A stretch of DNA of 43,166 nt from an uncultured bacterium (lineage in GTDB: Bacteria; Lernaellota; Lernaellaia; Lernaellales; Lernaellaceae). The notes below the pieces were generated by a model. It was not told the origin of the DNA. It was given only the letters and a program-made list of their open reading frames with translations, and ran no database searches. Positions within the stretch are counted from its first letter, which is position 1, and each line of letters opens with the position of its first letter. The stretch is taken from assembly GCA_964534375.1 (NCBI GenBank), contig CAZHPN010000023.1:1-43166 (forward strand), in the 5' to 3' direction. A program made the position numbers and the translations under genes. This document shows positions 25,350-34,799 of this stretch, in pieces.

Positions 25350-26087
25350 ATGAAACGTTTGGTGTTCGCCGTGATTGGCGTGCTGATTGCCTCAGCGAGC
25401 ATTTACATCTACGGTTGCGGTCAAAGCGACCAAGCGCCCTTCGATACGGTCGTGACCTTTACCGATTGGACGAATGGCGCCACGGTGGCCGATGTGTGCG
25501 ACACGACATGGGGGGTCCCGAGCAAGTGCATTGCCGGGTTGCAGAATCTCTGCATTCAATACTGCCAAGCCAATCTGCCTCCTAACGCCAAGCCCGACTA
25601 TTGCCAGGAGAAAGGGTGGGTGACGACCTGCCAAGACCCCAGCACCCTCACCAGCGTGCAGACGGAAATCTCGGTGAACCAGGGTCTGTATTGCGGTTAC
25701 GAGGACCGGTTGATCGACGCCCTCGTAACGTTTAATGCGTTTGCGATAGGCACCGGCTCATCCGGTTCGACGACGGGCACGCCCTCAAACGGCATGTTGG
25801 TTCGTTGGATCGCCGGGGGCGGCGAACTGTATCAGCCGACCGACGATCCGAGTGTCGTACCGCCGTTGACGGATCCTTATTACAACAAAACCGACGACCG
25901 CGGCATTTCCGAGGTAAAATATCAGGTGTCCAGACCGGGAGCGTGCGGCGCCAGCATCGCCTACACCATTTCCGCGGACGTTGGCAACACGTCCACCGCG
26001 ACAACTTTCACGTATACCGTGCAGGCTGCGACCGTCGACGATGACACGAGCCCCGACGACGACGACGACAACGACACCACGCTCTAG
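25350..26087 (+). CDS. Cys-rich hypothetical lipoprotein with acidic tail, last gene of the pil transcript
   Basis: SD GAGGAGG; lipobox-like IYGC; 8 further Cys; ends DDDTSPDDDDDNDTTL; followed by a terminator. Confidence 0.75.
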   Translation: MKRLVFAVIGVLIASASIYIYGCGQSDQAPFDTVVTFTDWTNGATVADVCDTTWGVPSKCIAGLQNLCIQYCQANLPPNAKPDYCQEKGWVTTCQDPSTLTSVQTEISVNQGLYCGYEDRLIDALVTFNAFAIGTGSSGSTTGTPSNGMLVRWIAGGGELYQPTDDPSVVPPLTDPYYNKTDDRGISEVKYQVSRPGACGASIAYTISADVGNTSTATTFTYTVQAATVDDDTSPDDDDDNDTTL

Positions 26088-26161
26088 CAACCGCCGGACA
26101 GCGGCGCCCAGGTCCGGTGCGGCGAAGTAGTTGGTGCGGCGGCCGCGACAAATGATTCGAC

Positions 26162-26190
26162 GGGCGTCCGTGTTCGGACGCCCTTTTTGT
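26162..26190 (+). terminator. Intrinsic terminator
   Basis: GGGCGTCCG-tgtt-CGGACGCCC-TTTTTGT. Confidence 0.85.
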
Positions 26191-26283
26191 ATCCGCGTCG
26201 TCCAGGCTGCCGTCGCCGCTTCCCTTGACAACGCGTGCGCCGGACACGACGATCCAGCGCGCAGACCTTCGGGCGAATGACGG

Positions 26284-27726
26284 ATGAATGACAACGCGTC
26301 AGCGGGCGTGCGACGTAAAGCCGTCGGCGCGCCGCCGGGCCTGGCAACGAGCCGGTTTCGCGTTTTGCTTTGCCCGTCGCGCGGTTTGTCGCCGCCAGCC
26401 TTCGCGTTCGTCCTCGGCGCGGCTTTCTGTTGCTTCATTTTTCTTGCGCCATCACGCGATTCCGTCGCCGCGGACAAGCCCCTGACGCGCGCCATCGATC
26501 CTGTCGTTCTCGTCGCCGCGAAAGTCCCCGGGTTGCTTGGCGTCGAGATCTCCCGCTTGGGCCTCTTCGCCGTGCGCGGCGAGACGCTGGCGCCGGTCCC
26601 GTTCCAAATCGACCAACGGCGAGGCGCCGAATACCTCTTTCAAAACGGCCGTGCGGCATCCCGCGATTTCGGCAGGGGCGGATTGCAAAGCACCGACGAA
26701 ATTGCCTTCCTGGCGGCGGATTCCGGGTCGCGGCTCACGACCGTCGCGTGGCCGGCCGGCGCGTCGGCCGGCGTGGAAATCACCCTGCACGATCCGGTCG
26801 ATGGCGGGGCCGGCTATTTATATTTATTGGCGTTTTCCGGAGCGGCGATTCGGAGCGCCGTGCGTTACGTGGCGTATCGCCGGGACCGCGACGAGGTCGA
26901 GACGGCCGATTACATCGTCGGCTACGGACCGGAGGCGCCGATCAGCATCTCGAAACTGTGCGTAAAGGCGGCGGCCGGCGGCAGCGGTCAGAACGTCGCG
27001 GACCGGCAGAAGATCCGGATCGAGGGCGTCAGCGTCTGGAACCTGATCCATTTTTCGCGGAACGAAAACGACTTTCATTCGGAAGTGATCGCGTACACGG
27101 TTGGGCCGGTGCGGATGCTGCGCAAAACGCGAAACTGGCTGACGTTGTTCTGGCGGATTCCCTCCCCCAGCGTGCAACTGACGAGCGTCTACTGGAAAAC
27201 AGGGATGTTTTTTCCGATTCGTCTCGTCGTGCCGTTCCGCGTGGCCCGTTTTTTCCGCGAGGCGCGGCTGCGTTTGTACATTGATTCGTCGCCGCTGGTC
27301 GCCGGGCGCGTCTTTTACAACGACCGCAATCCAGGCGGGGCGCTGATCGACGGCGCGATGGACGAAACGGAAAAGCGCCTCGATCGGCGGCCGGCGGAGT
27401 GGCAAGTGGTTGCCGGCACGCGCCCGGAACACCGCGAAGCGTGGTTCTCGCGCCAAATCTACGACCCACGTTGCGCGCGCACTCCCGCCACGCTTTTTTA
27501 TCTCGACGACCGCACCGTGCTTGACGGTCCCGAGCGCTATCCCGGTTGCTTCGGCTGTCTCGGATTCGAGATGGACGGTCTCGCAGCGCTGGACGCCGGG
27601 TCGTTCACGATCGACGTGCAAATGTTCCCCATGCCGGCGTATCGCGCCGGTGACGAGCGGGCGTACTTGGACATGACCGACCGCCCCCTCGCCGTCGTGG
27701 TCGAGCCGTGGCCGCCGCCTCGCTGA
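26284..27726 (+). CDS. Hypothetical exported protein (start uncertain)
   Basis: Long ORF with a hydrophobic segment (FAFVLGAAFCCFIFLA) followed by a globular, aromatic-rich region (DPVVL...VPFQIDQR...GPVR). It fills the gap between neighbouring genes. Confidence 0.65.
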   Translation: MNDNASAGVRRKAVGAPPGLATSRFRVLLCPSRGLSPPAFAFVLGAAFCCFIFLAPSRDSVAADKPLTRAIDPVVLVAAKVPGLLGVEISRLGLFAVRGETLAPVPFQIDQRRGAEYLFQNGRAASRDFGRGGLQSTDEIAFLAADSGSRLTTVAWPAGASAGVEITLHDPVDGGAGYLYLLAFSGAAIRSAVRYVAYRRDRDEVETADYIVGYGPEAPISISKLCVKAAAGGSGQNVADRQKIRIEGVSVWNLIHFSRNENDFHSEVIAYTVGPVRMLRKTRNWLTLFWRIPSPSVQLTSVYWKTGMFFPIRLVVPFRVARFFREARLRLYIDSSPLVAGRVFYNDRNPGGALIDGAMDETEKRLDRRPAEWQVVAGTRPEHREAWFSRQIYDPRCARTPATLFYLDDRTVLDGPERYPGCFGCLGFEMDGLAALDAGSFTIDVQMFPMPAYRAGDERAYLDMTDRPLAVVVEPWPPPR

Positions 27727-27754
27727 AAAATCAAAACGCGAGGCCGTTATTCGC

Positions 27755-27784
27755 TTGACAGGCGCCGCCGCCCAACGCTACGAT
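27755..27784 (+). promoter_or_regulatory. Candidate sigma70 promoter
   Basis: TTGACA-N18-TACGAT upstream of the TPR lipoprotein gene. Confidence 0.5.
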
Positions 27785-27819
27785 AAATAAGATAATTGCA
27801 AGAGGATTCCGATATTTCC

Positions 27820-28572
27820 ATGCGTTACGGTCGGCGGGCCATCGTTGCGGTTCTCGTCGGCGCGCTCTGGCTTGCCGGGTGCGCCCAGGACCAGAAACTG
27901 AAACAGCAGCTCAGCGAACTGCAAACGCAGGTCAACGAACTGCAAGGGACGCTCTCCGACATCAACCTGCGCATGGAAGAATTGAACAGCTCGCTGTTCG
28001 TGCTGCGCGAAACATCCCGCACCAACCGCGACGCCATCAAGAAGATGCAACAGGAACTCAGTTCGCCGACGGTTTACATCGACCAGCCGGCCGAACCGCC
28101 GGCGCCGGCGCCGCCCGTCATGGCGCCGCCGCCGAAATCGGCCGAACTCGACCGCGCGCTTCCGCCGTTGCCGCTTCCGGCCGGCTCGGGCAAGGTCGCC
28201 GGCGACGAGGAAAAAGCGTTTCAAACGGCGGTTCAGCAACTGGACAAGCAAAATTGGGGCCTGGCGGTTTACGACCTCAACGCCTTCGTGGCGCAGCATC
28301 CGAACAGCGCGTATCTGCCGCGCGCGCGTTATTCTTTGGGTGAGGCGTATCGGCGGCTGGCCGAGCACGCGCAGGCGGCCCGCGAATACGAGCGGTGTCT
28401 GGCCGCAGGCGAGACGGCAGGGCCGTACGCGCCACGGTCATTGTTCTGGCTGATCCAATGTTACACTCAACTGGGCCTGTCGGAGAAAGCCCAACAGGCG
28501 CAGAAGCGGTTATTGCATGAATATCCGGATTCCCCCGAGGCGAAGAAAACGCAGTTGGAATCGCCTCGTTGA
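27820..28572 (+). CDS. CpoB/YbgF-like coiled-coil + TPR lipoprotein
   Basis: Lipobox LAGC, N-terminal coiled coil, Pro linker, FVAQHPNSAYLPRARYSLGEAY, LLHEYPDSPEA. Confidence 0.8.
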   Translation: MRYGRRAIVAVLVGALWLAGCAQDQKLKQQLSELQTQVNELQGTLSDINLRMEELNSSLFVLRETSRTNRDAIKKMQQELSSPTVYIDQPAEPPAPAPPVMAPPPKSAELDRALPPLPLPAGSGKVAGDEEKAFQTAVQQLDKQNWGLAVYDLNAFVAQHPNSAYLPRARYSLGEAYRRLAEHAQAAREYERCLAAGETAGPYAPRSLFWLIQCYTQLGLSEKAQQAQKRLLHEYPDSPEAKKTQLESPR

Positions 28573-28586
28573 AGGAGGTGCTTTTC

Positions 28587-29657
28587 ATGAAGCAGCGTCG
28601 GATCTTGTGCGTCGCCCTGTTCGTGGCGGCGGCCGTTTTGGCGGCGACGGCTTGGGCGCAACAGTCGCAACAGGGGCAAGCTTCGCCCGCGCCGAAGGCG
28701 GTCGGCGTCGCGCAGAAAACGGAAGTCACCGACTATAAGGTCGAGCCCGGCGACACCTTATGGGGATTGGCCGAAAAATTCTACGGCGACCCGTGGACCT
28801 GGCCCCAAATTTGGGAAATGAATCCGCAGGTGACGGATCCGCACTGGCTGCACCCGGGTCAGATTCTGAAGATCAGGACGGAAAAAGGCGCCGTCGCGAC
28901 CTTCGTTCCCGGCCGGAAGCCAAAGGCGGCGGCCCCGCAGGATCTCGTCGAGATGGTGAACCTGCCGGCTTTCGACACGACCTTTAGCTATACGACGCGC
29001 GTCAACAAGATCGACTTGATCAGCGAAGAGGCCCTGGACGGCGCGGGCGAAATCGTCAACAACATCGACAATCAGATTGTTCTGGGCCAAAATCACAACG
29101 TCTTCTTTTCGATGCGTAAGAACGCCAACGTCCAGTTGGGCGATGTGTTTACCGTCTTCCGTATTGGGCGGGAAGTCGAAAATCCGGTGAAACGGGAGCG
29201 GGCCGGCTACCTGATCAACCTGCTGGGCGAGGTTCAGACGGTTGACGCGTCCACGCTGCCGAACGGCAAAATTGTCTATTCGGGCCGGTTGATCGACTCC
29301 TCCACGGAGATTGCCGTCGGCGACCGCGTGATCCCGATGAGCCGCGACACGGTCCGGATCAAGTTGAAGCTGACCGATCTGGAGATGACGGGTTCGATTA
29401 TCGCCTCGAACATCGACGCCGACCTGTTGATCGGCTACGACAACCTCGCCTTTATCGACCTGGGGCTCAAACAGGGGGTCAAGATCGGCAACAGTTTCTC
29501 CGTATGGCGACGCAGTGAAGACCCGGAGAACGTGCCCAGTTCCAAGATCGGCAATGTGATCGTCCTTCGCGTCGGCGACAAAACCTCGACGGTGCTGCTG
29601 GCCAATTGCACGCGGCCGCCGTTGGTCGGCGACACGGTCATGAGCGACGTGCAGTAA
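28587..29657 (+). CDS. LysM peptidoglycan-binding protein, TsaP-like
   Basis: Signal peptide; YKVEPGDTLWGLAEKFYGDPWTWPQIWEMNPQVTDPHWLHPGQILKI; C-terminal FIDLGLKQGVKIG (FlgT_C-like); directly upstream of dprA. Confidence 0.85.
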   Translation: MKQRRILCVALFVAAAVLAATAWAQQSQQGQASPAPKAVGVAQKTEVTDYKVEPGDTLWGLAEKFYGDPWTWPQIWEMNPQVTDPHWLHPGQILKIRTEKGAVATFVPGRKPKAAAPQDLVEMVNLPAFDTTFSYTTRVNKIDLISEEALDGAGEIVNNIDNQIVLGQNHNVFFSMRKNANVQLGDVFTVFRIGREVENPVKRERAGYLINLLGEVQTVDASTLPNGKIVYSGRLIDSSTEIAVGDRVIPMSRDTVRIKLKLTDLEMTGSIIASNIDADLLIGYDNLAFIDLGLKQGVKIGNSFSVWRRSEDPENVPSSKIGNVIVLRVGDKTSTVLLANCTRPPLVGDTVMSDVQ

Positions 29658-29675
29658 CCCGCTCGAAACGTTCGC

Positions 29676-29706
29676 AAGGCCGGCCCTGCGCGGGCCGGCC
29701 TTTTTT
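29676..29706 (+). terminator. Intrinsic terminator
   Basis: AAGGCCGGCCC-tgcgc-GGGCCGGCC-TTTTTT. Confidence 0.85.
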
Positions 29707-29893
29707 GTCGGTGCGCCGCCGCGCCCCGCCGCCGATTCCTCCCCGCCGACTTTTTCCGCGGCAATCCCCGGCACTTGGCGGTTGTTGTTTCGCCGCCGCG
29801 CGCCGCGTTTTTTCGCGACGACTTCATTTGCTCTTGACAGGGCGCCGGAAGCGGTGGTTAAGCTTACCCCCCTGTCACTGGGAGAGAAGGGGC

Positions 29894-31003
29894 ATGACGC
29901 GCTTTCATTTGGCCCTGACTCTTGTTCCGGGGATCGGGCCGATCGCGGCGTCCCGGATACTCGCGGCGTTTCCGGACGCCGCGAGCGCTTTCGGCGCCGG
30001 CGCCGAGGCATTGCGCCGCGCGGGTCTGTCCGAGCGGCAGGCGGCCGCCGTCGCGGCTTTTCGCGATTTCGCGACGGCCGATCGAATTCTGGAGCGCACG
30101 GCGAGACTGGGGCACGAGGCGGTGGCGATCGACAGTCCGGCGTATCCGGCCGCCTTGCGCACGATTGACGGCCCGCCCCCGGTGCTGTTTATTCGCGGCC
30201 GGCTCGGTGAAAAAACCGAACTCGCCGCCACCGTCGTCGGCACGCGTCAGCCGACGGCCTACGGCGAGAACGTCGCGACGCGCCTGGGGGCCGCGCTGGC
30301 CCGAGCGGGCATTTGCACGGTCAGCGGCGGCGCGCGCGGCATCGACGGCTGCGTTCACCGCGGGGCGCTGGGGGCCAGCGGGGTGACCGTGGCGGTGCTG
30401 GGCGCGGGGCTCGACATCGTCTACCCGCCCGAACACGTCGGTTTGTTCGCGCAGATCGTCGAGACGGGCGGGGCGTTGGTCAGTGAATTGCCGCCGGGAA
30501 CGCAACCGGACCGCGGGACCTTTCCGGCCCGCAATCGGTTGATGGTCGGTTTGGGACGGGCGTGCGTCGTGGTCGAAGCCGGCGAGCGCAGCGGCGCGCT
30601 GATTTCCGCGCGGATGGCGGGGGAACAGGGCAAGACCGTGCTGGCGATTCCGGGCCAGATCGACCGGGCGCAGAGTCGCGGCACGAACCGGCTGATTCGT
30701 GAGGGCGCGAAGCCGCTGCTGGAAATTCTCGACGTCGTCGAGGAAATCCTCGGCGAGCACCTGCGGCGCGGCATGGCCGAAGACGAAGCGGCGGCGGCGG
30801 CGCAGCGGCGGCCGGATCCGCCGGGCGACGCGGGCGCGGTCTGGCGGGCGCTGACCGGCGGCCCCGCCGACACGGATTCGCTGGTGGAGGCGACGGCGCT
30901 GCCGGCGTCGCGCGTCAACGCCGCGTTGATCGAACTTGAAGTGGACGGCCGGGTCGCGCGTCGGCCCGGCAACACGTTCGTTGCACTGGAGGATAGAGAC
31001 TGA
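29894..31003 (+). CDS. dprA: DNA-protecting protein DprA
   Basis: VPGIGP, YPAALRTIDGPPPVLF, VVGTR, VSGGARGID..HRGAL, FPARNR, VVEAGERSGALISA, GTNRLIREGA, C-terminal winged helix. Confidence 0.96.
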   Translation: MTRFHLALTLVPGIGPIAASRILAAFPDAASAFGAGAEALRRAGLSERQAAAVAAFRDFATADRILERTARLGHEAVAIDSPAYPAALRTIDGPPPVLFIRGRLGEKTELAATVVGTRQPTAYGENVATRLGAALARAGICTVSGGARGIDGCVHRGALGASGVTVAVLGAGLDIVYPPEHVGLFAQIVETGGALVSELPPGTQPDRGTFPARNRLMVGLGRACVVVEAGERSGALISARMAGEQGKTVLAIPGQIDRAQSRGTNRLIREGAKPLLEILDVVEEILGEHLRRGMAEDEAAAAAQRRPDPPGDAGAVWRALTGGPADTDSLVEATALPASRVNAALIELEVDGRVARRPGNTFVALEDRD

Positions 31004-33387
31004 TGGAATCCGCATTGGTTATCGTTGAGTCGCCGAGCAAAGCGAAAACGATCGGCAAATACCTCGGTTCGGGCTACCAGGTGCTCGCGTCGGTCGGACA
31101 CGTGCGCGACCTGCCCGCGAGCGAGTTGGGCGTCGATGTGGACAACGGCTTTGCGCCGACCTACGTCACGATCAAGGGCAAGGAAAAGGTGTTGCGCGAT
31201 CTGCGCGCCGCCGCGCAAAAAGCCGACCGCGTGCTGCTCGCGCCCGACCCCGACCGCGAGGGCGAGGCCATCGCCTGGCACATCGCCGAAGCGCTCAAGC
31301 TCAAGAACAAGCCGATGGAACGCATCAGCTTCAACGAAATCACGCGGCACGCTGTCATTGACGCTCTCGCGCATCCGCAGCCGTTGAACATCGACAAGTT
31401 CAACAGCCAGCAGGCGCGCCGCATTCTCGACCGCCTGGTGGGCTACAAGATCTCGCCGTTGTTGTGGTCGAAGGTGAAGCGCGGGCTGTCGGCCGGCCGC
31501 GTGCAGTCGGTCGCCGTACGGCTGGTCGTCGAGCGCGAACAGGAAATCGAGGCTTTCGTCCCCGATGAATTCTGGGAAGTGCTCGTCAGTCTCGCCGCCG
31601 ACCAGCCGCCCGATTTCACGGCGCGACTGACGATGAAAAACGGCAAGAAGCTGACGGTCGTCAACGCCGAAGAGGCGGAGACGGTGCGCCGCGAATTGCA
31701 GGCGAACCCCTACGTCGTCGCCGGCATCGCGCAGCGCACGCAGAAAAAACGGCCGTTTCCGCCGTTCATCACCAGCACCTTGCAGCAAGCGGGCAGCCGG
31801 CGCCTGCGCCTGTCGCCGGCGATCGTCATGCGCATTGCGCAGGAACTCTACGAAGGCGTCGAGATCGGCGGCGAGGGTCCGCAGGGCTTGATCACCTATA
31901 TGCGCACGGATTCCGTGCGCGTTGCCGCCGAAGCGCAAGCGGCCGCGCGGGCCTACGTCGCGAAGACCTACGGCCAGGATTTTGTGCCGGAACGGCCCAA
32001 CGTCTATCAGAGCCGCAAGACCGCGCAGGAGGCCCACGAAGCGATTCGGCCGACCAATCTCGAATTGCCTCCCGAACGGCTGAAGGGCCGGCTGACCCCC
32101 AACCAGATGAAGATCTACGATCTGATCTGGCGCCGATTTATCGCCAGCCAGATGGCCCCGGCGGAGTTCCTGGTCACGACGGTGAACGTCGCGAACGGGC
32201 CGTACACGTTGGCGGTCAGCGAGCACAAGGAAACTTTCGCCGGCCAGCTCGCCGCGCTGCGCGACGAGGACGAAAATGAAAAAGACGAGAGCGACGCGAC
32301 CGAGTCGAAGTTGCCGCCGCTCGTCGAAGGCCAGCGCCTCACCGAACGCGAAATCGATCTGCAGCAGAAGTTCACCGCGCCGCCGTCGCGTTTCACCGAG
32401 GCTACGTTGATCAAGGAATTGGAAGAAAAAGGGATCGGCCGGCCGTCCACCTACGCCGCGATTCTCTCCACGATCCTCGACAAAGGCTACGTCGAGAAAG
32501 CCAAGAACGGCGAGAAAGCCAAGGAACCGGCGCCGGCCGAGCCTCCTGCCGCGGGGGCCGCGAAAAAGCCGCGCGGCACGCTGCAGCCGACCGACCTCGG
32601 CCGGGCGGTGACGAAGCTCCTGATCGAATCATTTCCCGAGATTCTTGACGTTTCGTTCACGGCCGGCATGGAAGAGCAACTCGACGATGTGGAGACGGGC
32701 AAGGTTCACTGGCAAAAGCTGCTGGGCGAGTTCTGGACGCCGTTCAGCGCGACGCTGAAGAAGGCCGAAAAGGAGATGACGAACCTCAAGCGGCAGGGCG
32801 AGACGACGGACATCGTCTGCGACAAATGCGGCGAAGGCGTCATGGTCATCAAGTTCGGCCGGAACGGCCCGTTCCTCGGCTGCTCCAAATACCCCGACTG
32901 CCGCAACACGAAGAATTTTACGCGCGACGCCGAGGGCAAAGTGGCCGCGATCGACAAGCCGGCGTACACGCCCGCCGCGCCGATTCCGACCGACAAGATT
33001 TGCGCGAAATGCGGCAGCCCGATGGTCATGCGGACCAGCCGCGCCGGCAGCCGCTTCTATTCCTGCTCGACCTACCCCAAGTGCAAGGGCGCCTCGCCGT
33101 TCGACACCGGCGTGACGTGCCCGCGCGACGGCTGCGGCGGCACGCTGCTCGAACGCACCGGCCCGCGCGGCGTGTTCTGGGGTTGCTCGAAGTACCCGGA
33201 ATGCCGCGTCACCTATCGCGCCGAGCCCGTGGCCGGGCCGTGCCCCAAGTGCGGCAACCCGTTCCTGCTCAAGCGCAACGTGGAAGGCCAGCCGACGCTG
33301 AGTTGCCCGATTCGCGAGTGCGACTACGAACGGCCGGCCGTCGAACCGCCCGTCGAAGAAGACCGCAAAGCGGCGCCCGAGGCGTAA
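31003..33387 (+). CDS. topA: DNA topoisomerase I with four C-terminal Zn-ribbon repeats
   Basis: LVIVESPSKAKTI, GHVRDLP, DPDREGEAI, SAGRVQS, LITYMRTDS, EAHEAIRP, GIGRPSTYA, Cys4 repeats. Confidence 0.98.
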   Translation: MESALVIVESPSKAKTIGKYLGSGYQVLASVGHVRDLPASELGVDVDNGFAPTYVTIKGKEKVLRDLRAAAQKADRVLLAPDPDREGEAIAWHIAEALKLKNKPMERISFNEITRHAVIDALAHPQPLNIDKFNSQQARRILDRLVGYKISPLLWSKVKRGLSAGRVQSVAVRLVVEREQEIEAFVPDEFWEVLVSLAADQPPDFTARLTMKNGKKLTVVNAEEAETVRRELQANPYVVAGIAQRTQKKRPFPPFITSTLQQAGSRRLRLSPAIVMRIAQELYEGVEIGGEGPQGLITYMRTDSVRVAAEAQAAARAYVAKTYGQDFVPERPNVYQSRKTAQEAHEAIRPTNLELPPERLKGRLTPNQMKIYDLIWRRFIASQMAPAEFLVTTVNVANGPYTLAVSEHKETFAGQLAALRDEDENEKDESDATESKLPPLVEGQRLTEREIDLQQKFTAPPSRFTEATLIKELEEKGIGRPSTYAAILSTILDKGYVEKAKNGEKAKEPAPAEPPAAGAAKKPRGTLQPTDLGRAVTKLLIESFPEILDVSFTAGMEEQLDDVETGKVHWQKLLGEFWTPFSATLKKAEKEMTNLKRQGETTDIVCDKCGEGVMVIKFGRNGPFLGCSKYPDCRNTKNFTRDAEGKVAAIDKPAYTPAAPIPTDKICAKCGSPMVMRTSRAGSRFYSCSTYPKCKGASPFDTGVTCPRDGCGGTLLERTGPRGVFWGCSKYPECRVTYRAEPVAGPCPKCGNPFLLKRNVEGQPTLSCPIRECDYERPAVEPPVEEDRKAAPEA

Positions 33388-33390
33388 CCG

Positions 33391-34713
33391 ATGACGCGCC
33401 TCGCGGTCGTCGGCGCCGGCCTCGCGGGCTCCGAGGCCGCGTGGCAATTGGCCCGCCTGGGGGTCGAGGTCGACCTGATCGAGGCCCGGCCGGCCGTGAT
33501 GACGCCGGCGCATCACACGGCCGATCTTGCCGAATTGGTATGCTCCAACAGTCTGGGGTCGGCGGCGCCCGGCGTCGGCCACGGCCTGCTCGCGGCCGAG
33601 ATGGCCCTGGGCGGCTCGTTGATCATCGCCGCCGCACGCGCCGCCGCGGTGCCGGCGGGCCGGGCGTTGGCGGTGGACCGCGGGCGTTTCGCGGCTGCCG
33701 TCACCGAACGCCTTTCGCGCTGCCCGGCAGTGCGCGTCGTCCGCGACGAAGCCTTGCGTCTGCCGGCCGCGCCGGCGATCGTCGCGGCCGGCCCGCTGGC
33801 CGGCGCGGCCCTGGCGGCCGACCTGGCGCGCGTCACTGGCGCCGCGCACCTCTATTTCTACGACGCCACCAGCCCGATCGTCGACGGCGACAGCATCGAC
33901 CGCGCCTGCGCCTACGTCGCCGATCGCCGCGGCGCCGGACCGGGCGATTACCTCAATTGCCCGTTGACCGCCGACGAATATCACATTTTTCTCGACGCGC
34001 TGCTCGCGGCCGATCCGGCGCCGGCGCGCGAGTTCGAGGACGTCCGGGTGTTCGAGGGCTGCATGCCGATCGAATCGCTCGCCCGGCGCGGCGAGCACAC
34101 GCTGCGGTTCGGCCCGATGCGGCCCGTCGGCCTCGACGACCCGCGCACGGGGAGGCGGCCGTACGCCGTCGTGCAATTGCGGCGCGAGGATGCGGCCGGG
34201 CGGCTGTGGAACCCGGTCGGCTTTCAGACGCGCCTGCGCCAGGGCGACCAGCAGCGCGTGTTGCGCCTCATTCCCGCCCTGCGCCGGGCGATTTTCTTGC
34301 GGTACGGCGTAATGCACCGCAACACGTACGTCGACGGCCCGCGCGTGCTGCAGCCCGACCTAACGCTGCGCGGCGCGCCCGGCGTGCGCCTGGCGGGCCA
34401 ACTCGCCGGCGTCGAGGGCTACATGGAAAGCGCCGCATGCGGCATGCTGGCCGCCTGGTTCGCCGCCGCCGAAGCGGCCGGCCGGGCGCTGCCGCCGCCG
34501 CCGCTGGCGACAATGACCGGCGCGCTGCTCCACCATGTGGCCGTCGCCGCGCCCGCGCCGCTGCAGCCGATGAACGCCAATTTCGGCTTGCTGCCGCCGC
34601 TCGCCGAGCGGTTGCGCAAACCCGAGCGCCGCGCCGCGATGCACGAGCGCGCGCTCGCCGCCATGCGCGACTATCTCGACGCCAGCGGCCTGCTCGCCCC
34701 GCTCGATGCTTGA
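33391..34713 (+). CDS. trmFO: Methylenetetrahydrofolate--tRNA-(uracil-5-)-methyltransferase TrmFO
   Basis: VVGAGLAGSEAAWQ, ELVCSNS, ALAVDR, YFYDA, FEGCMPIE, FGPMRPVGL, GFQT, YGVMHRNT, GVEGY, QPMNANFGL. Confidence 0.96.
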   Translation: MTRLAVVGAGLAGSEAAWQLARLGVEVDLIEARPAVMTPAHHTADLAELVCSNSLGSAAPGVGHGLLAAEMALGGSLIIAAARAAAVPAGRALAVDRGRFAAAVTERLSRCPAVRVVRDEALRLPAAPAIVAAGPLAGAALAADLARVTGAAHLYFYDATSPIVDGDSIDRACAYVADRRGAGPGDYLNCPLTADEYHIFLDALLAADPAPAREFEDVRVFEGCMPIESLARRGEHTLRFGPMRPVGLDDPRTGRRPYAVVQLRREDAAGRLWNPVGFQTRLRQGDQQRVLRLIPALRRAIFLRYGVMHRNTYVDGPRVLQPDLTLRGAPGVRLAGQLAGVEGYMESAACGMLAAWFAAAEAAGRALPPPPLATMTGALLHHVAVAAPAPLQPMNANFGLLPPLAERLRKPERRAAMHERALAAMRDYLDASGLLAPLDA

Positions 34714-34799
34714 TTCCCTGCCCGTGCGTCCCGGTTTGATTGCCTCACGTGCCGATTGGTGCTAAAAAAGGAGTCAGCCTCATTCGGGGAGTCGCGGGC

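Noticed and set aside
29770..29800. AAC-rich stretch on the minus strand as a DGR template repeat
   Set aside because: It has only a few AAC triplets and no similarity to the DUF1566 3' end. No TR or RT was found in the window.
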